A DNA stretch of 64,000 nucleotides from Eledone cirrhosa. Its lineage: Eukaryota. The stretch lies in contig OZ024741.1 in the NCBI GenBank assembly GCA_964016885.1, forward strand, positions 42,780,001 through 42,844,000. The letters are read 5' to 3'. The notes under the pieces are model-generated. The model searched no databases, was not told where the DNA came from, and saw only the letters and a program-made list of their open reading frames with translations. The stretch's first letter is position 1. Each line of letters opens with the position of its first letter. A program made the translations under genes and the position numbers. Positions 42,001-55,563 of this stretch are shown here, one piece after another.

Positions 42001-42409
42001 CTAAAGAGCGGGACGTTCCAAGAAAGGTCTCCAGACGCCGGAAGAAATCAGGCCGCTCTGCTCCTGTCGGGGCATAGACGGCCACTAACCTGAAAGCTTG
42101 CCCGTCTCCGCTGGTCACGTCCAGCACCACCACCTTACCTTCCGGGTCCAGGAAGATGGCCCGTATGGCAAGATCCAAACGTCTCCGAAAAAGCACAGCA
42201 ACTCCTCCCCCCAATCCCGGACGGCTGGGAGATGCGTACACATCGTAGCCGCCGAAGATCGGTGCGAAAGCCTGTGCTTCGGAGATTCTGGTCTCGCTGA
42301 TGGCCACTACATCTATGTTTAGTGACCTGAGGTCGTTGAGCAGGTGGCCCTGCTTCCATGACGACCCCAAGCCACGCGCATTTATGCTGCCTATTCTGAG
42401 TGAGGTCAT
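39071..42409 (-). pseudogene. Tx1 ORF2 (APE-RT-zinc finger), disrupted
   Basis: SINARGL, ISET, YLDR, TDH, KAFDRV, RQGCPLS, YADDV, CPRC. The 3' coordinate is approximate. Confidence 0.93.
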
Positions 42410-42443
42410 GTTGAAAAGGAGTGGAAAAGATGGGAAAGACCAC

Positions 42444-44438
42444 TTACCTTACTTCTCGTAGGGGAAGGACGGTTTTTCCATCCTTTTCACTGCTTGTGGC
42501 CTCCTCAGGAAGGATGTCCTTATAAATCCTCCTGGAGCGTGCTTGTTGGAAGTCTCCGATGTATTTGGGGAATTTTTTGTTTAGTGTCATGTACGTTTTC
42601 TGTGTGATGTGAGTGATTTGTATGTGTGGAGGTGGTCTGAATTTTGGGGTTGTTGTGTAGTCTTTTTCTGTGATGCTGGTGTTGTCTTGGATGTAATGTA
42701 ATATTTGCTTGTTGTTCAAATTTAATGCTGTGTAGTGTGTATCGTTTTGGTTGTTTTGTTTTGTTTGCGTTTGCTGTGGGTTTGTTTCTGTTTCGCATTT
42801 TGGTGACTTTTGTGGTGTAGGTGATGGTGGTGTTGGGGTTAATGATGGTGATGGTGTTGGTGTTTGGGTTGATGGGGTTGGTGATGCTGGTGTGGATGGT
42901 GGCATATCTGTCCTAACTTTTTTGTTTCTTAATTTATTTGTTTCCCTCTGTATTTTGTTTTTGGAGGGGAAGGAAGAGAATTTTTTTCTTTTTTGGTTTC
43001 TTTTTTTTTTCCGGATATCGTTTCCCACTCCTCGTCGTCACAATCTGTCTCCAGTTGTGATAGGCCGGGGAGTGGAAAATCCTCCACAGGCGTTAGTTTT
43101 GCTTGTGGCGTGGTGGATGGTGTAGGCGCTGGTGCTAGTTCTGAAGTGTTGGGTGGTGGTGGTGTTGGTTTAGCTGGTGGTGGTGGTGGTGTTGGTTTTG
43201 CTACTGTTGCTGGGGTTGTTGCTGTTATATTTGCTTCTGTTGTTGCTGCTACAGTTGTTGCTGCCATCTCTGCTACTGGTGGTGTTGATGGTTGTGTCAC
43301 TGGGGTGGGTAGGAGAGGTGGCCTGAACCTTTTAGCCTGAGGGCAGAAAGCCCTTAGGTGGGTTCCTTCGCCACAAACGACACACCTAGGTCTTCTGCCC
43401 TCGACAATTACCGTGAGGTGGCTGCCGTCAGTGAGGTCTATTACCTCTGGGATCTCCTCAATGCTTTTTTGGTTCGCTTGGATCAGGAGCTCCATCCCAG
43501 ATCCGGACCAGTTCTCCTGCTTTTCTTTTGCTATTGCTATTATTTTTGTGTTGGCTTCGATGCCGGCGAGGACGGCCGCTATTAGCCAGGTAATTTCGAT
43601 GGCCGGTGGACGTGGGTCACCCTGATCTTTACGAGTCTCTGGCCACAATAGCTCGGGACGAGTGTGAAGTCGTCACTTCTTAACAGGGCCATGGAGTGTT
43701 CTCTAGCCTCCTCTGGTGTTTCAAAGAACACGTCCACGGTTCCATACTTCTGCCCACGTCTGATGTGGGTTTTTCTTGCCCACACATGTCCCAAAGCTTT
43801 TTGGATTTGGGACTTGGATGCCCGTTCCACTCGGCGCGAATTTACATTTATTGTTCGATACGACACGGTGCATAGGCGCCGATGCTCCATTTTATTAGGT
43901 GGGGGGGGTGAGGCTGACCCTGTATCCATCTTTCTTTACCATTTGTTTGGCATTTTCTAAATCCTCCTGAGTAACCTTAAATGCTTCGAACTGTTTTGCT
44001 ACTCTGGCAAAACTGAGGGTGGTTTTTATAATGTCATTGTTGTTGTTGTTGCTATCGTTATTTGTGTTAATATTAATTTTAGTTTCAGTTGTGGTGGTGG
44101 TGACGTCAGTAGTCTTTGGTGGGGAAGAGTCCATTTTGCTTGATTTCATTTCGACATCAGGAGTTAATTTATTTTTTTCTTCTTTTGTTTCTGTTGTCGC
44201 GGTGGTGGTGGGGGTGGTTGTTGTCGCGGTGGTGGTGGTGGTGGTGGAGGCTTTAACACCTGCAGTCATTGGTAATAGCGGGAAATGAATGTCTGCCTGA
44301 GACAAATTTAAAATATTGCTACTGATTAAATTTTTAGTGTTTGGCAACCGTAGTAATATTTACAATGGTGGTGTCGGTGTGAGGTGTTAATTTGTGAGAA
44401 AGGCTTTCAGCTGCTTGGTGCAGAGATGAATTAGCCAT
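42444..44438 (-). pseudogene. Tx1 ORF1 with CCHC zinc knuckle, frameshifted
   Basis: CVVCGEGTHLRAFC fits C-x2-C-x4-H-x4-C; Thr/Pro-rich linkers. Confidence 0.87.
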
Positions 44439-44648
44439 TTTTTTTCAAAGAAATTTTTTAATAATCATAAAAGTTTAAAATTTTGGGCACAAGGCCCCAA
44501 TCTTTTTGGGTGTACTTTTCGGAAAACAATGTATGTGCGCTTATATATGGTTAACAATAAAAAATTTCCATAAATGGCAATTTTTAACAAACGAAAATAA
44601 CAAACCTTTGCGGAGCTCACTATGATACGATTTACTACGTAGGTCGCC

Positions 44649-44688
<40 letters not shown>

Positions 44689-45413
44689 GGAAGAAGCAAA
44701 AGAAGCAGAAGAATATAGTTTTCAGTTCTCTATGTAATCATTTAAAATGTCTAATGTTCTCCCATTTTTCCTCGATTTTATATAGTCTTCTTTTCCTTCT
44801 ACTTTGCCTATCATTACTCTGCACTCAAATTTTATGTAATAATTGATTGTAACTACTTCAAATTGTATGCTTTGCTGGAAGCTAGTACGTTTTTTTTACA
44901 ATATATTTCATTCTCACTGTCAAACTAAATTCGTATTACATTTATGTAAGTAAAGAATTAGTAGATCGATGACAATCTGTATTTCTATTAAATAAGAAGT
45001 GTGAAATATTGAATGTCAATTTTTCTGGTAAATGTGGTTTGGTAATTCTTCTAGAAATTGAGATTCATTGAACCATGTGGAAATAAGGTCACGAGATTTG
45101 GAAAATGTCTTGTTAGAGAACGCTTTTAATGAGCAGAAATAAATGTATCATGCAACGTTTATAAGTATATTTGTATATTTTCCAGCTGAGGTTAATAGAC
45201 ATCACATAATAATTGTTTTCCTAGAAACATCCTGTTTAATAGAAGCGAAATGTAAATGGTGTATCAATCAGCCTGAATATTTGACGTATCATTCACTCAA
45301 ACAGACCCTCCAGTGCGACTCATGCTACGTAGTTCTCTTAATTAATCTCTTTATTTTTAATGACGTTACAACGCTGTAACCGGCTCGTTACAGATTACAC
45401 AAGTTAAAATAAT

Positions 45414-45626
45414 GATTTCTAGTACAGGCACAAGGACAGTAATTTGGTGGGAAGGGAAAGTCGATTAAATTGACCCCAGTACGTTACTGATACTTTATTT
45501 TATCAACCCCGTAAGGATGAAAGGCAAAGTTAACCTCGGCGGGAGTCTAACTCAGACCATAAAGGGACGTAACTCTCTGCTGCAAACATGGAGTCTGACT
45601 CTACCGATATTGCCAATCCTCCGCCC
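45414..45626 (-). mobile_element. Full-length Nin-like SINE
   Basis: Perfect 18-bp TSD TACACAAGTTAAAATAAT at 45396-45413 and 45627-45644. Confidence 0.9.
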
Positions 45627-45661
45627 TACACAAGTTAAAATAATAGAATATAAACAAGTAT

Positions 45662-45838
45662 ATACGAGGGTCAGATATGATTCCATTGATGCTATGAAAT
45701 CTTGCATGCATCCACTCCAGCTATTCTTATTAATAACTGCACTATTTCTATCTATGGAGTATCCTGAAAAATAGACCTCATTTGCTAATCCATGACAGCA
45801 TGTTAGTCAGCCTATAAACCTTTCTGCTAAGCCTCATA
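45662..45838. mobile_element. Degenerate mariner-type MITE
   Basis: TACGAGGGTC start; internal similarity to 1030-1303. Confidence 0.5.
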
Positions 45839-46282
45839 ATTGGACGAAATCACAAGGTTCCGAGTTTGATCCCACTTACTCAAATGTAATTTACCATAGT
45901 GATTCAAACATTGAGAGTGAAATCGGATAGACGAACATTCTTGGATGGCCGTCGAATGAACTGAACATATGATCCAAATTCCTCTGATTATCTATAAGGC
46001 AGTTATATATGTTGATATAAAAATATACATATTATAGTTAATTATAAGTAATACATTACAATATTTCATAATTGATAACAATCATCGAGTTACAATTTGA
46101 GAGGACATCTCCATTTTGTTTTTAGTGTTGAAGGTAACATATAGGAGATTAAAAGACATTTTCTGTGTTCTGATAATGGAGAAAACAAAAAAGCGCTAAT
46201 ACCGTGGATACATAAATATACAAGCATACATGCATAAATACATACATACATACTCACACACACATATATTTATCTCTCTCTT

Positions 46283-46371
<89 letters not shown>

Positions 46372-46379
<8 letters not shown>

Positions 46380-46895
46380 ATACTTGGGGAGGGTCATATT
46401 TGTGTAATATTGCCAGAATTAATAACAGAACACACTCACTGTTTGTTTGGATTTCGCTTTTCGCTTCTGTGTCCTTTATATCGGTAATCTAATTTATTCG
46501 GTCCTCAATGTTGCCATTGACTGACCAACGGTAAAAAATACAGATATAATATAGACACAAACACATATATATAGTTTATCAAAGTTCTTTCGTTGCACAT
46601 CTGCAACATCGTCAGCACCACTTACGATGTTGCAGATGTGCAACGAAAGAACTTTGATAAACTATATATATGTGTGTGTGTCTATATTGTATCTGTATTT
46701 TTGACCGTTGGTCAGTTAATGGCAACATTGAGGACCGAATGAATTAGATTACCGATATAAAGGACGCAGAAGCGAAAACCAAACAAACAGTGAGTGTGTT
46801 CTGTTATTAATTCTGGCAATATTACACAAATATGACCCTCTCCAAGTATAACAATATTTGTTTCGACACACGATTTCATATCAAAAACCTCGCAA

Positions 46896-46898
<3 letters not shown>
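46372..46898. mobile_element. Fold-back Penelope-like element in (TA)n
   Basis: ~240-bp inverted arms (46372-46612 and 46624-46857), then a tail; hammerhead core on the minus strand at the centre (CTGACGA t gttgca gatg tgcaac GAAAGAACTT) with stem I unpaired. Confidence 0.75.
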
Positions 46899-46961
<63 letters not shown>

Positions 46962-47041
46962 CAATATGTTGAAAAAGTAACACACTAGAGAGAGATACAG
47001 TGCGCCATCAATAAGGCAGGGAAAAACCACCAGTGCATGGA

Positions 47042-47098
<57 letters not shown>

Positions 47099-47102
<4 letters not shown>

Positions 47103-47283
47103 GAGCTTCTACAGGACTAGAACTGTTTCATTCGTGAGAAATCATCAGGGCTTCCTGATGATTTCTCACGAATGAAACAGTTCTAGTCCTGTAGAAGCTC
47201 TTCTATATTAAAACTTTTATACTCTGCAATGTATTGAGTACCTTACTTACTGTGGTTACTTCCGATTCAACCCGGAATAACTT
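47099..47283. mobile_element. Fold-back Penelope-like element
   Basis: Perfect 51-bp arms (47099-47149 and 47154-47204), a 4-nt loop and a tail running to (TA)n. Confidence 0.75.
47148..47200 (+). ncRNA. Type I hammerhead ribozyme with intact core
   Basis: gggcttc-CTGATGA-tttc tcac gaat-GAAA-cag ttctagtc ctg-TA-gaagctc; predicted cleavage after GUA at 47193. Confidence 0.78.
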
Positions 47284-47294
47284 ATATATATATA

Positions 47295-47344
<50 letters not shown>

Positions 47345-47488
47345 ACAACTACTTATAACACAGCTGAATAACAATAAATGTAGTCTTAGTTTTTCGAATA
47401 CAAGAGCGAAAATGAGGGGCTCATTCTATTGACATATTGAAATGACTTATAGAAGAGGCTGTTTGCATAATTGCAAACCAATCCAATA

Positions 47489-49308
47489 TCTCTTTATAAT
47501 ATATAACCAGCAATTTCTCTGTCTGTCTGTCCGACGCGTAGAGAGAGAGTGAGAGTGAAAGAAAGAGACAGACTACAAGAGTGGGATAGCGGGAGGGAGA
47601 GAGAGAGACGCTGGAAGAGGGGAAGGAAAGCCATGTCTTGCTGTCTGCAATACGATACATATATATATACACACACACACTGAGCCCGTCATAATGACGT
47701 AATGCAGACAGCCAGACATACAGACAGATATTATAAGGGCGCAACGTTATATCTATGTATCTATCTAAAAAGAAAGACTAAGAATTATGTAGAGAGAACG
47801 TTAAATGGCCTAATGCGGTCCCTAGGGCATTGAAAATTTGAAATAATTTTTGCTCAAAACACTCACAGGATCATAAGTATTACATGGCTAAAGTTTGAAA
47901 ACAATCGGTTGGATGGTTCTCAAGTTTTAGTGAGCTGACAGACAGACAGACATTCTGTGTCCGGGTGGTTTTCTGCTAGTCTACTTATATATATAACCAG
48001 CAATTTCTCTGTCTGTCCGACAGTGGAAACACGTGCGTAGAGAGAGAGTGAGAGTGAAAGAAAGAGACAGACTACGAGAGGGGGATAGCGGGAGGGAGAG
48101 AGAGAGTGAATAGACGCTAAAACACGTGCTACAGAAATATTACTTTCCTCTTCCTTTATAGAAACATTACCTTCCCCTCTCCACTGTTTTGGTCACTGAG
48201 GCCGAGGGAATCGCTGGTTGCTATAGAGACACCTTGCACAAGCCAGAAGTAACCAGTTCGAGGCGGTTCTGACTTGACACCATGCGAAGAAGGTTGCCAT
48301 TGAATTTGTGGTTGTTGCTGCTGATAAAAAGGACCATTTGAAGAAGGTTGCTGCTGATGAGGTAATTTATTAATCAGATTGGGCAGTTCCATAACCTACG
48401 TTTGATTTGTTCAATTTTTTTCTTCAATTTTTTTTGTTGTTTTTTTTATTTCTTATTGAAAAAATATAAATAATAAAATAAGGTTAGAAATTTAAATACA
48501 ATTAAATACGATTTAATTTCCATTTCCAGCAACCAATGTCCAGTGTTCAATTTCATGAAAAAATTGGAAATAATTCAAAAAATTGGAGTTTAACTTTTGA
48601 ACATTTGATTTGACAATAAAAAAATATTTCCTTATTCACACCTAATGGGATGATTAAAATTTCATAGGAATATTTTTTTCTAACCGCCAGTTATTTATTT
48701 CTCCTTTTTCGTTTTAACATATATTTATTTCAAAGATTTCACCGTATAGATAACATATATATTTATACATGCATAAAAGACACACCGAGAGACGGTGAAC
48801 ATGTGGTGCCGAAAACATTTCTCATCCAAATCTCAACAATATCAGAATATACACTAGATTTGCTAGCAGAAAACCGCCCACCAGGTGGTTTTCTGCTAGT
48901 CTATATATATAAAACCGTCCGTGTGTGTGTGTGTGTGTGAATTTGAATCCCTAAAACTCGAGAAGTACCCAACCGATTGTTTTCAAACTTTACATGTGTA
49001 TTACTTATAATTCACGGAGTATTATGCACATAAAAAACTTCGTTACCTCTAGCCGATTTTTCCGAAATTTCAAGGCATATTATGCACATAAAAAAATTCA
49101 TTTTCTTGATCCCCTAGGGCCCACATTAGGTGAAAACCTGCATTTTTCCTGCTTCATCGAGGAAAATCTTAAAGATTATCCAGCCATCGGAATATTTGGT
49201 TTATTTTCTTTACATATTGTCCAGGCATGCAGTTTTTCCACGATTAGGTCTGTTGGCGGCCGCGTTCCAAAATACCTTATCCCTTGCAACGCCGGGTACC
49301 ACTGGTAG
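47489..49308 (+). mobile_element. Head-to-tail array of non-autonomous Helitron-like units
   Basis: Units start TC and end CTAG/GTAG; CTAG|TC junctions at 47979/80 and 48899/900; terminal GCAACGCCGGGTAC..TAG; outer A|T site. Confidence 0.7.
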
Positions 49309-49334
49309 TTATTAATAAAATTCGAAAAACTCAA

Positions 49335-49465
<131 letters not shown>

Positions 49466-49902
49466 CATACACACTCTGTATATATGCAGACACTCTCCGA
49501 CGGGTAACGGATTTGCCAACCCACCAATAATATAGAATAATATAGTTTTTTTAATTATTATAATCCGAAAGCGCTCACTATCAATTGAACAATACTAACA
49601 CACCAACAGGACCCGTAGACAGTAGCCGCCTGATAGTTCACGTTAAATATACTAACATTAATCCTAATTCTAATTCTAACTTTAACCTTAACCCTAATTT
49701 AACATTAACTCTCATACACTCATCTCTACCTTCACCAAAAGGCATATTAAAAGACCAAATATACCATGTTTTTTAAACAAGTTTTATCCGGGTTAGTTTT
49801 TTAATTATATTATATATTCACAGTTACTTATTACGTACTCTTCTTACCTTGCTCTGAACCGAATACACTATAAAAAAAATCAAAAAAAAATCTACACAAT
49901 CA

Positions 49903-49987
<85 letters not shown>

Positions 49988-50001
49988 CACACGCACACAC
50001 A

Positions 50002-50097
<96 letters not shown>

Positions 50098-51234
50098 GCA
50101 TATATATTTGTAATTTGGATTAGCATCTTTCGCCTATTATTTTACGACAGGAAATAAACTAATGATAAGGCATATAAGCCTACCGAAGGGAAACAATATA
50201 CCCTGTTATTAAACTATTTATATATATTCTTTACCCTTACCCTTACCTTTATCCATATATATTCTTATTTAGTTAGAATTGGTCAACGAGCTGTTTTCTA
50301 TATATTCTCTACCTACTCTATAATTTCGCCTATTATTTAGCTTCATCGTACATTTTTATCAACATTTGGCCATTTTTTCTGTTGTAAAAACATTTTTCAG
50401 TTTCAGATTTCTATCACGTCTGTAAAATTGAGTCAGTACTGAATTGTTTCTTAATCTACTTATGCCTGTTAAATGTTGTCCATGCAGCGAATTTTTCTTA
50501 AAAACATTTTATCTTGACATTTTGTAATTCCAATGTTCGTGTATTGTAGTGCTTTTAAAAGCAGTTTTTGTTTTTTCTGTTCGCAGTCATAATTATCTCT
50601 TACCTTTGCTGTTGCCTTTATACGTGTTTGTTCTCTTGAAGACTGGAAACATTTTACTTTTGTTTCATTCATTAAATTATTGTTCAGTATAGAAAGGGAC
50701 ATTGTTCTACACTTTTCTATGCATTGGAGATATTAGTAAGAGATAATGAACGAAAATATTACTTTATATACTAAATATATGTGTAGCTATACAGCGGATA
50801 TTTTATTATAGAATAATTCTTTATTGCAAAAGACATCTATTTCTTTGTATTCGAGATAAATATAATTTTCATACATCGAAGTTTTGATAATCTATCTTAA
50901 ATACAGACATTATTGTTTTCATGTCTAGACTTGTACAATCAGAATGATACCACTTGAGAAAGCTAACTAAAATGTATACCTATCACAAAGAATTGATACA
51001 TATCTCCTCAAACATGATGCGAAATAACAAAGACAAGGAAATAATCCACATCCTTGTATTATAGGTAAACATAAATTTTCTGTATCTAATTTTAACGTAA
51101 TTGTTTCCCTTGTTTTTGTGCCAAGTCGTTAATTTTGTATTCCACATGAATACACTATAATTATAACTTATTAAAAGTTAGAGTATAGATACCTATTTCC
51201 TCAGCTGTTGTCGCTTATATCTTCAGTAGTTAAA

Positions 51235-51510
51235 GGCGTGGCCTAGTGGTAAGTGTGTTGGAATTCCGATCATAACGTCGTGGGTTCGATTGCTGAGGTG
51301 GATAGTGGGTTGAGTTCTTGAACAAAACACTTCATTTCACGTTGATCCAGTATGCTTAGCTGGAAATGAGTACCAGCAATAGCTGGGGATTTAGCACTGA
51401 GATAGACTGGCGTCCTGTTCAGAGGATTATCTTGTGATCTCAGTCGTTTCACGCCACGAAACCGGAATAAGAACCGGCCTAACGAGTCTTCTAGATTCAG
51501 ACAGACTTTA
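51235..51510 (+). mobile_element. tRNA-derived SINE
   Basis: TGGCCTAGTGG A box and GGTTCGATT B box; same family as 2165-2380. Confidence 0.75.
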
Positions 51511-53039
51511 CTTCTTCATTAAGTATTGATTTGAGGATGCTGGCATTGATGAACTTCGAATAAGTTTTCTTCATATTCATGAAGGTTCGGGATCGATCCC
51601 AATGCACGGGATCATCGGCAAGTACATTTACCATAGCCTCATGATTGCTCAAGCTTTGGGAGTAAAGTCAAAGGTTCATCTTATCACAGTATCATAATCC
51701 AGGACGACTTGTACTTACATTTCAAAGAGCCAACCCTTTCACACACTCTGCGTCATGATACACGCCTGTGGAATGCTCGGCCACTTGCACGTTAATTTCA
51801 CGGTTAGGCCGTTCCATTGAAGAAACAACTGGAACATTCATCATCGACTCTCCATTCCAGTGAGAAGTTATCCAGCAATCGTTGAAATAGGTAGAAGATT
51901 AAAGGGAGAATATTTGATGGAAACCAAGGAACGACATACAGAGTGTTGAGTGGAAGATAAAAGAAAAAAAAAACAAAGAAAAACAAACCAAACGAGAAAG
52001 GAAAGAAGCTAAATGTAATAGAAAGGATAAGGGGAAATTTCTTAGAGAAGGAAAATGGTTGAGTGATGCCGAGTGGCTAAATACTTCCAAAAGAAAGGAT
52101 GAAACAGGTTTTCAGGTTTTACTGATTTTTCGTTTTTGTTGTCTTTGAACACTTATTTCCTTCAGAGAAAAGGAAAATAAAATATTGGGAGATAAGAGTA
52201 AGAAGAGAAATATGAATTATGTAAGAGCAAAGCAAAGGAAGGAAGAATGAAAGAAATCAATGGGATAAAGTAGTATGGCAGAAACGAAAGAAGAATGAAA
52301 AGATGAACACAAAGAAGGAGAAAACGAAAACACCAAAGGAACAAATTGTAGAACAACAACCATCCCACCAACCACCACCACCATCACCACCACGACAACC
52401 AACACCCCCATCACCACCATCACAACAACAACTACCACCATCACCACCATCACAACAACAACTACCACCATCACAACAACAACTACCACCATCACCCCCA
52501 CACACACACTACCACCACCACCAACACCACTACTACTACTACTACTGCTAGTTGTGATGCTAATAGAGAAACTAATAGGGGAAAGTTATCGTTGACAAAG
52601 GATGAGGTGAAGGTATTGGAGAGAAAGAGAGAGAATGAGAGTGATGGAGAGTAAGTGAAATAAGAAGAGAAGACATTCTATTAACATGAACAACTCTTGA
52701 GCACAAACATAAACACATAAATACTGTTAGAAAAACAATAACAAGCTGAAGCAGAAGATGTTACTGCAGTAAATATTGTTGGACCTCCGTCAGTTTCAAA
52801 GGTATGTTCCCTTAGTCGTTCGGTTAACAGAACCGTCTGCAGGCGAAAGTAAGATCCATGCATGGTCCCGTAAACTCCTGAGTGAGTCCTAGGGGCGCTG
52901 TATTGATATACGTAATTTCTGGGGCATTCTAGAACGTGGTGGAGCCCATAACTGTCCAGGTCTTATTACAACATATTTCTTCACGAGGGGAATAGAGAGT
53001 GAGAGAAAGGAAGTGAGAAAGAGATATAGATGAGGAAAC

Positions 53040-54852
53040 GACGTTAGTACTCGACAGGTACTTTTGTTATCAACATTGAATAGATGAAAGGCACAGTTGA
53101 CCTCGGTAGGATTTAAACTCAGAGAGCAGAGAACCGAAACGACTATCACCAAGTACTCTATCTACGTTCTAACGACATTGTTGATTCACTGCCTATGAAA
53201 GTAACATACAAATGACTAAAAGATTTCATACACTTACCGTAATACTCAGTGATAGAGCGCGACATTGTGTGAAAATGCTGGCTCTTTAAATTATTGGTAC
53301 AGCTTATGTTTTTCAGCTGAGTAGATTGGAACAACATTATATAAAATGTTTACCCCGAAAAAAAAAAGGCGGTGAGAAACAAACACATGATCTTATGCTC
53401 GTGAGCCCAAAACCCTAAACACCAAGACAGGAGCCCGCACTAACACATAACAAATGATTGTTTCTACTTTTGGCACAAGGCCAGCAACTATCCTAGTGTA
53501 TTACTGGTACTTTATTTTATCGACCCCGTAAGGATGAAAGGCAAAGTTAACCTCGACGGGATTTGAACTCAGACCATAAAGGGCCGTAACTCTTTGCTGC
53601 AAAGCATGGCATCAGACCCTCTACCAATACTGCCAATCCACCTTATATGCCAATACACATAACACATAATGATAAATGTAGCAGCAGCAACACTAGAAGC
53701 AGCGGCAACAGTAGCAGTAGTAGCAGCAGCAGTAGCAGTAGTAACCAAAGTAATTATGGTTTCTAATTTAGGCACAATGCCAACAATATTTTGTGGGGCA
53801 GGGGAAAGTTGATATAATCGACCCCTGGGTCTTACTGGCACTTTATTTTATCGACCACATAAGGATAAAAGACAAAACTAACCTCGACGTGATTTGTAAT
53901 CACTACTTAAAAGGCCGTAACTCTATGCCGCAAAGTCTGTTGCCCAACGCCTTACCGGTTCTGCCAATACATCACCCATGTAACCAAAGTAACAAAAACA
54001 GTAACTGTTAAACAATAACAACAAGAAGCACATCAACAATAGTAACAACAACACTAAGAAAATCTAAACAAAAAGAATAACAACAAAAATGACAACTTTC
54101 CTATCAACAAAAAGAGCAACAATAACAACAATGGCGACAACAACAACAATCGCAAGCATGGCGTCAGAATTTACATCATCAGCAATAATAATTGTTTCTA
54201 CTTTTGGCACAAGGCCAGCAATTATCCCAGTGTATTACTGGTACTTTATTTTATCGACCCCGTAAGGATGAAAGGCAAAGTTAACCTCGACGGGATTTGA
54301 ACTCAGACCATAAAGGGCCGTAACTCTTTGCAGCAAAGCATTGCGTCCGACCCTCTACCGATATTGCCAATCTACCGCCCTATCACCACCAATAATAATT
54401 GTTTACAATTTAGGTACTAGGCCAACACTATGGGATAGGGAAACGTCGCTTAAACCGCACCCAGTGCATTTCTGACACTTTATTTTATTGACCTGGTAAG
54501 GATGAAAAGCAAGGCTAACCTCAGTGAGATTTGATCTGAGAACGCAAAGGGCCGTAGGTATATATACAGCAAATCATGTTACCCGATGCTCCATCTATAG
54601 TGCCAATCCACCGCCAATACTACCAACAATAGTAAAGGTTTCTGATTTAGACACAAAGGCAAGAATTTGAGGGGAGTGGAAAGTCGATTAAATCAACCCT
54701 AGTGCATTACCAGTATTTTTTTTTATCGACCCTGTAAGGACGAGAAAACGAATCTAACATTGGCAGGATTTGAACTCAGAACGCAAAGGGCCGTAAGTAT
54801 ATATCACAAATCATGTTACCCGAGGCTCTACCAATACTGCCAATACATGCCC
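53040..54852 (-). mobile_element. Cluster of six co-oriented Nin-like SINEs
   Basis: Copies at ~53040-53190, 53457-53642, 53757-53977, 54192-54380, 54399-54615 and 54637-54852, separated by short AAT/CAA/GCA tracts or other sequence. Confidence 0.85.
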
Positions 54853-55261
54853 CTTACTACAAACAATACTAATGGCAACAGCAGCAAAAGGAACCGTAAA
54901 AATAACAAGAACAAGAACAACTGCAACAATAGTGATAACTAAAACTATCCTATTACAGACAAAAACCACGACAACGATAGAATCCATTTTATTGAGTAAA
55001 TTTAACAATTACCCGATTTAACTAAACATAATTGATTTCACAAATATGTTGAGGCTACTATACTACATATACCAATGACTTCTCAGATATTTTCTGACAT
55101 TGTTGAAGCTTCTTCCCTACGCTTTGAACTTTCTGTGTAGCGAATATGATTCCTTTTGACTGTTCTCTAGTTTATGTAATTATACGAGAGACAGTTTCTC
55201 TTTGAGTCAATGCTTCAAGAATATTTGCAATTCCTCTCAAGCCAACTCTATTTTCATTATT

Positions 55262-55334
<73 letters not shown>

Positions 55335-55360
55335 TATATATATATATGTATATATATATG

Positions 55361-55411
<51 letters not shown>

Positions 55412-55476
55412 ATGTATATATCTGTATATTTATATATCTATATCTATATATCTATATCTATATATATCTATTTCTA

Positions 55477-55563
<87 letters not shown>

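Larger units (their letters stand above)
38836..44648 (-). mobile_element. Full-length Tx1 LINE, degenerate
   Basis: Same 5' terminus and near-identical 3' terminus as 27173-32779; ORF1 and ORF2 with frameshifts; (ATT)n at both ends. Confidence 0.95.

Noticed and set aside
48161-48361. Possible plus-strand exon (pyrimidine tract-TAG ... GTAATT)
   Set aside because: It has stops in all three frames.
49660-49710. Telomere-like TAACCC variants
   Set aside because: Few, degenerate units; more likely an internal part of an old repeat.
52303-52551. Pro/Gln-rich ORF
   Set aside because: It derives from a CCA/CAA simple-repeat expansion.
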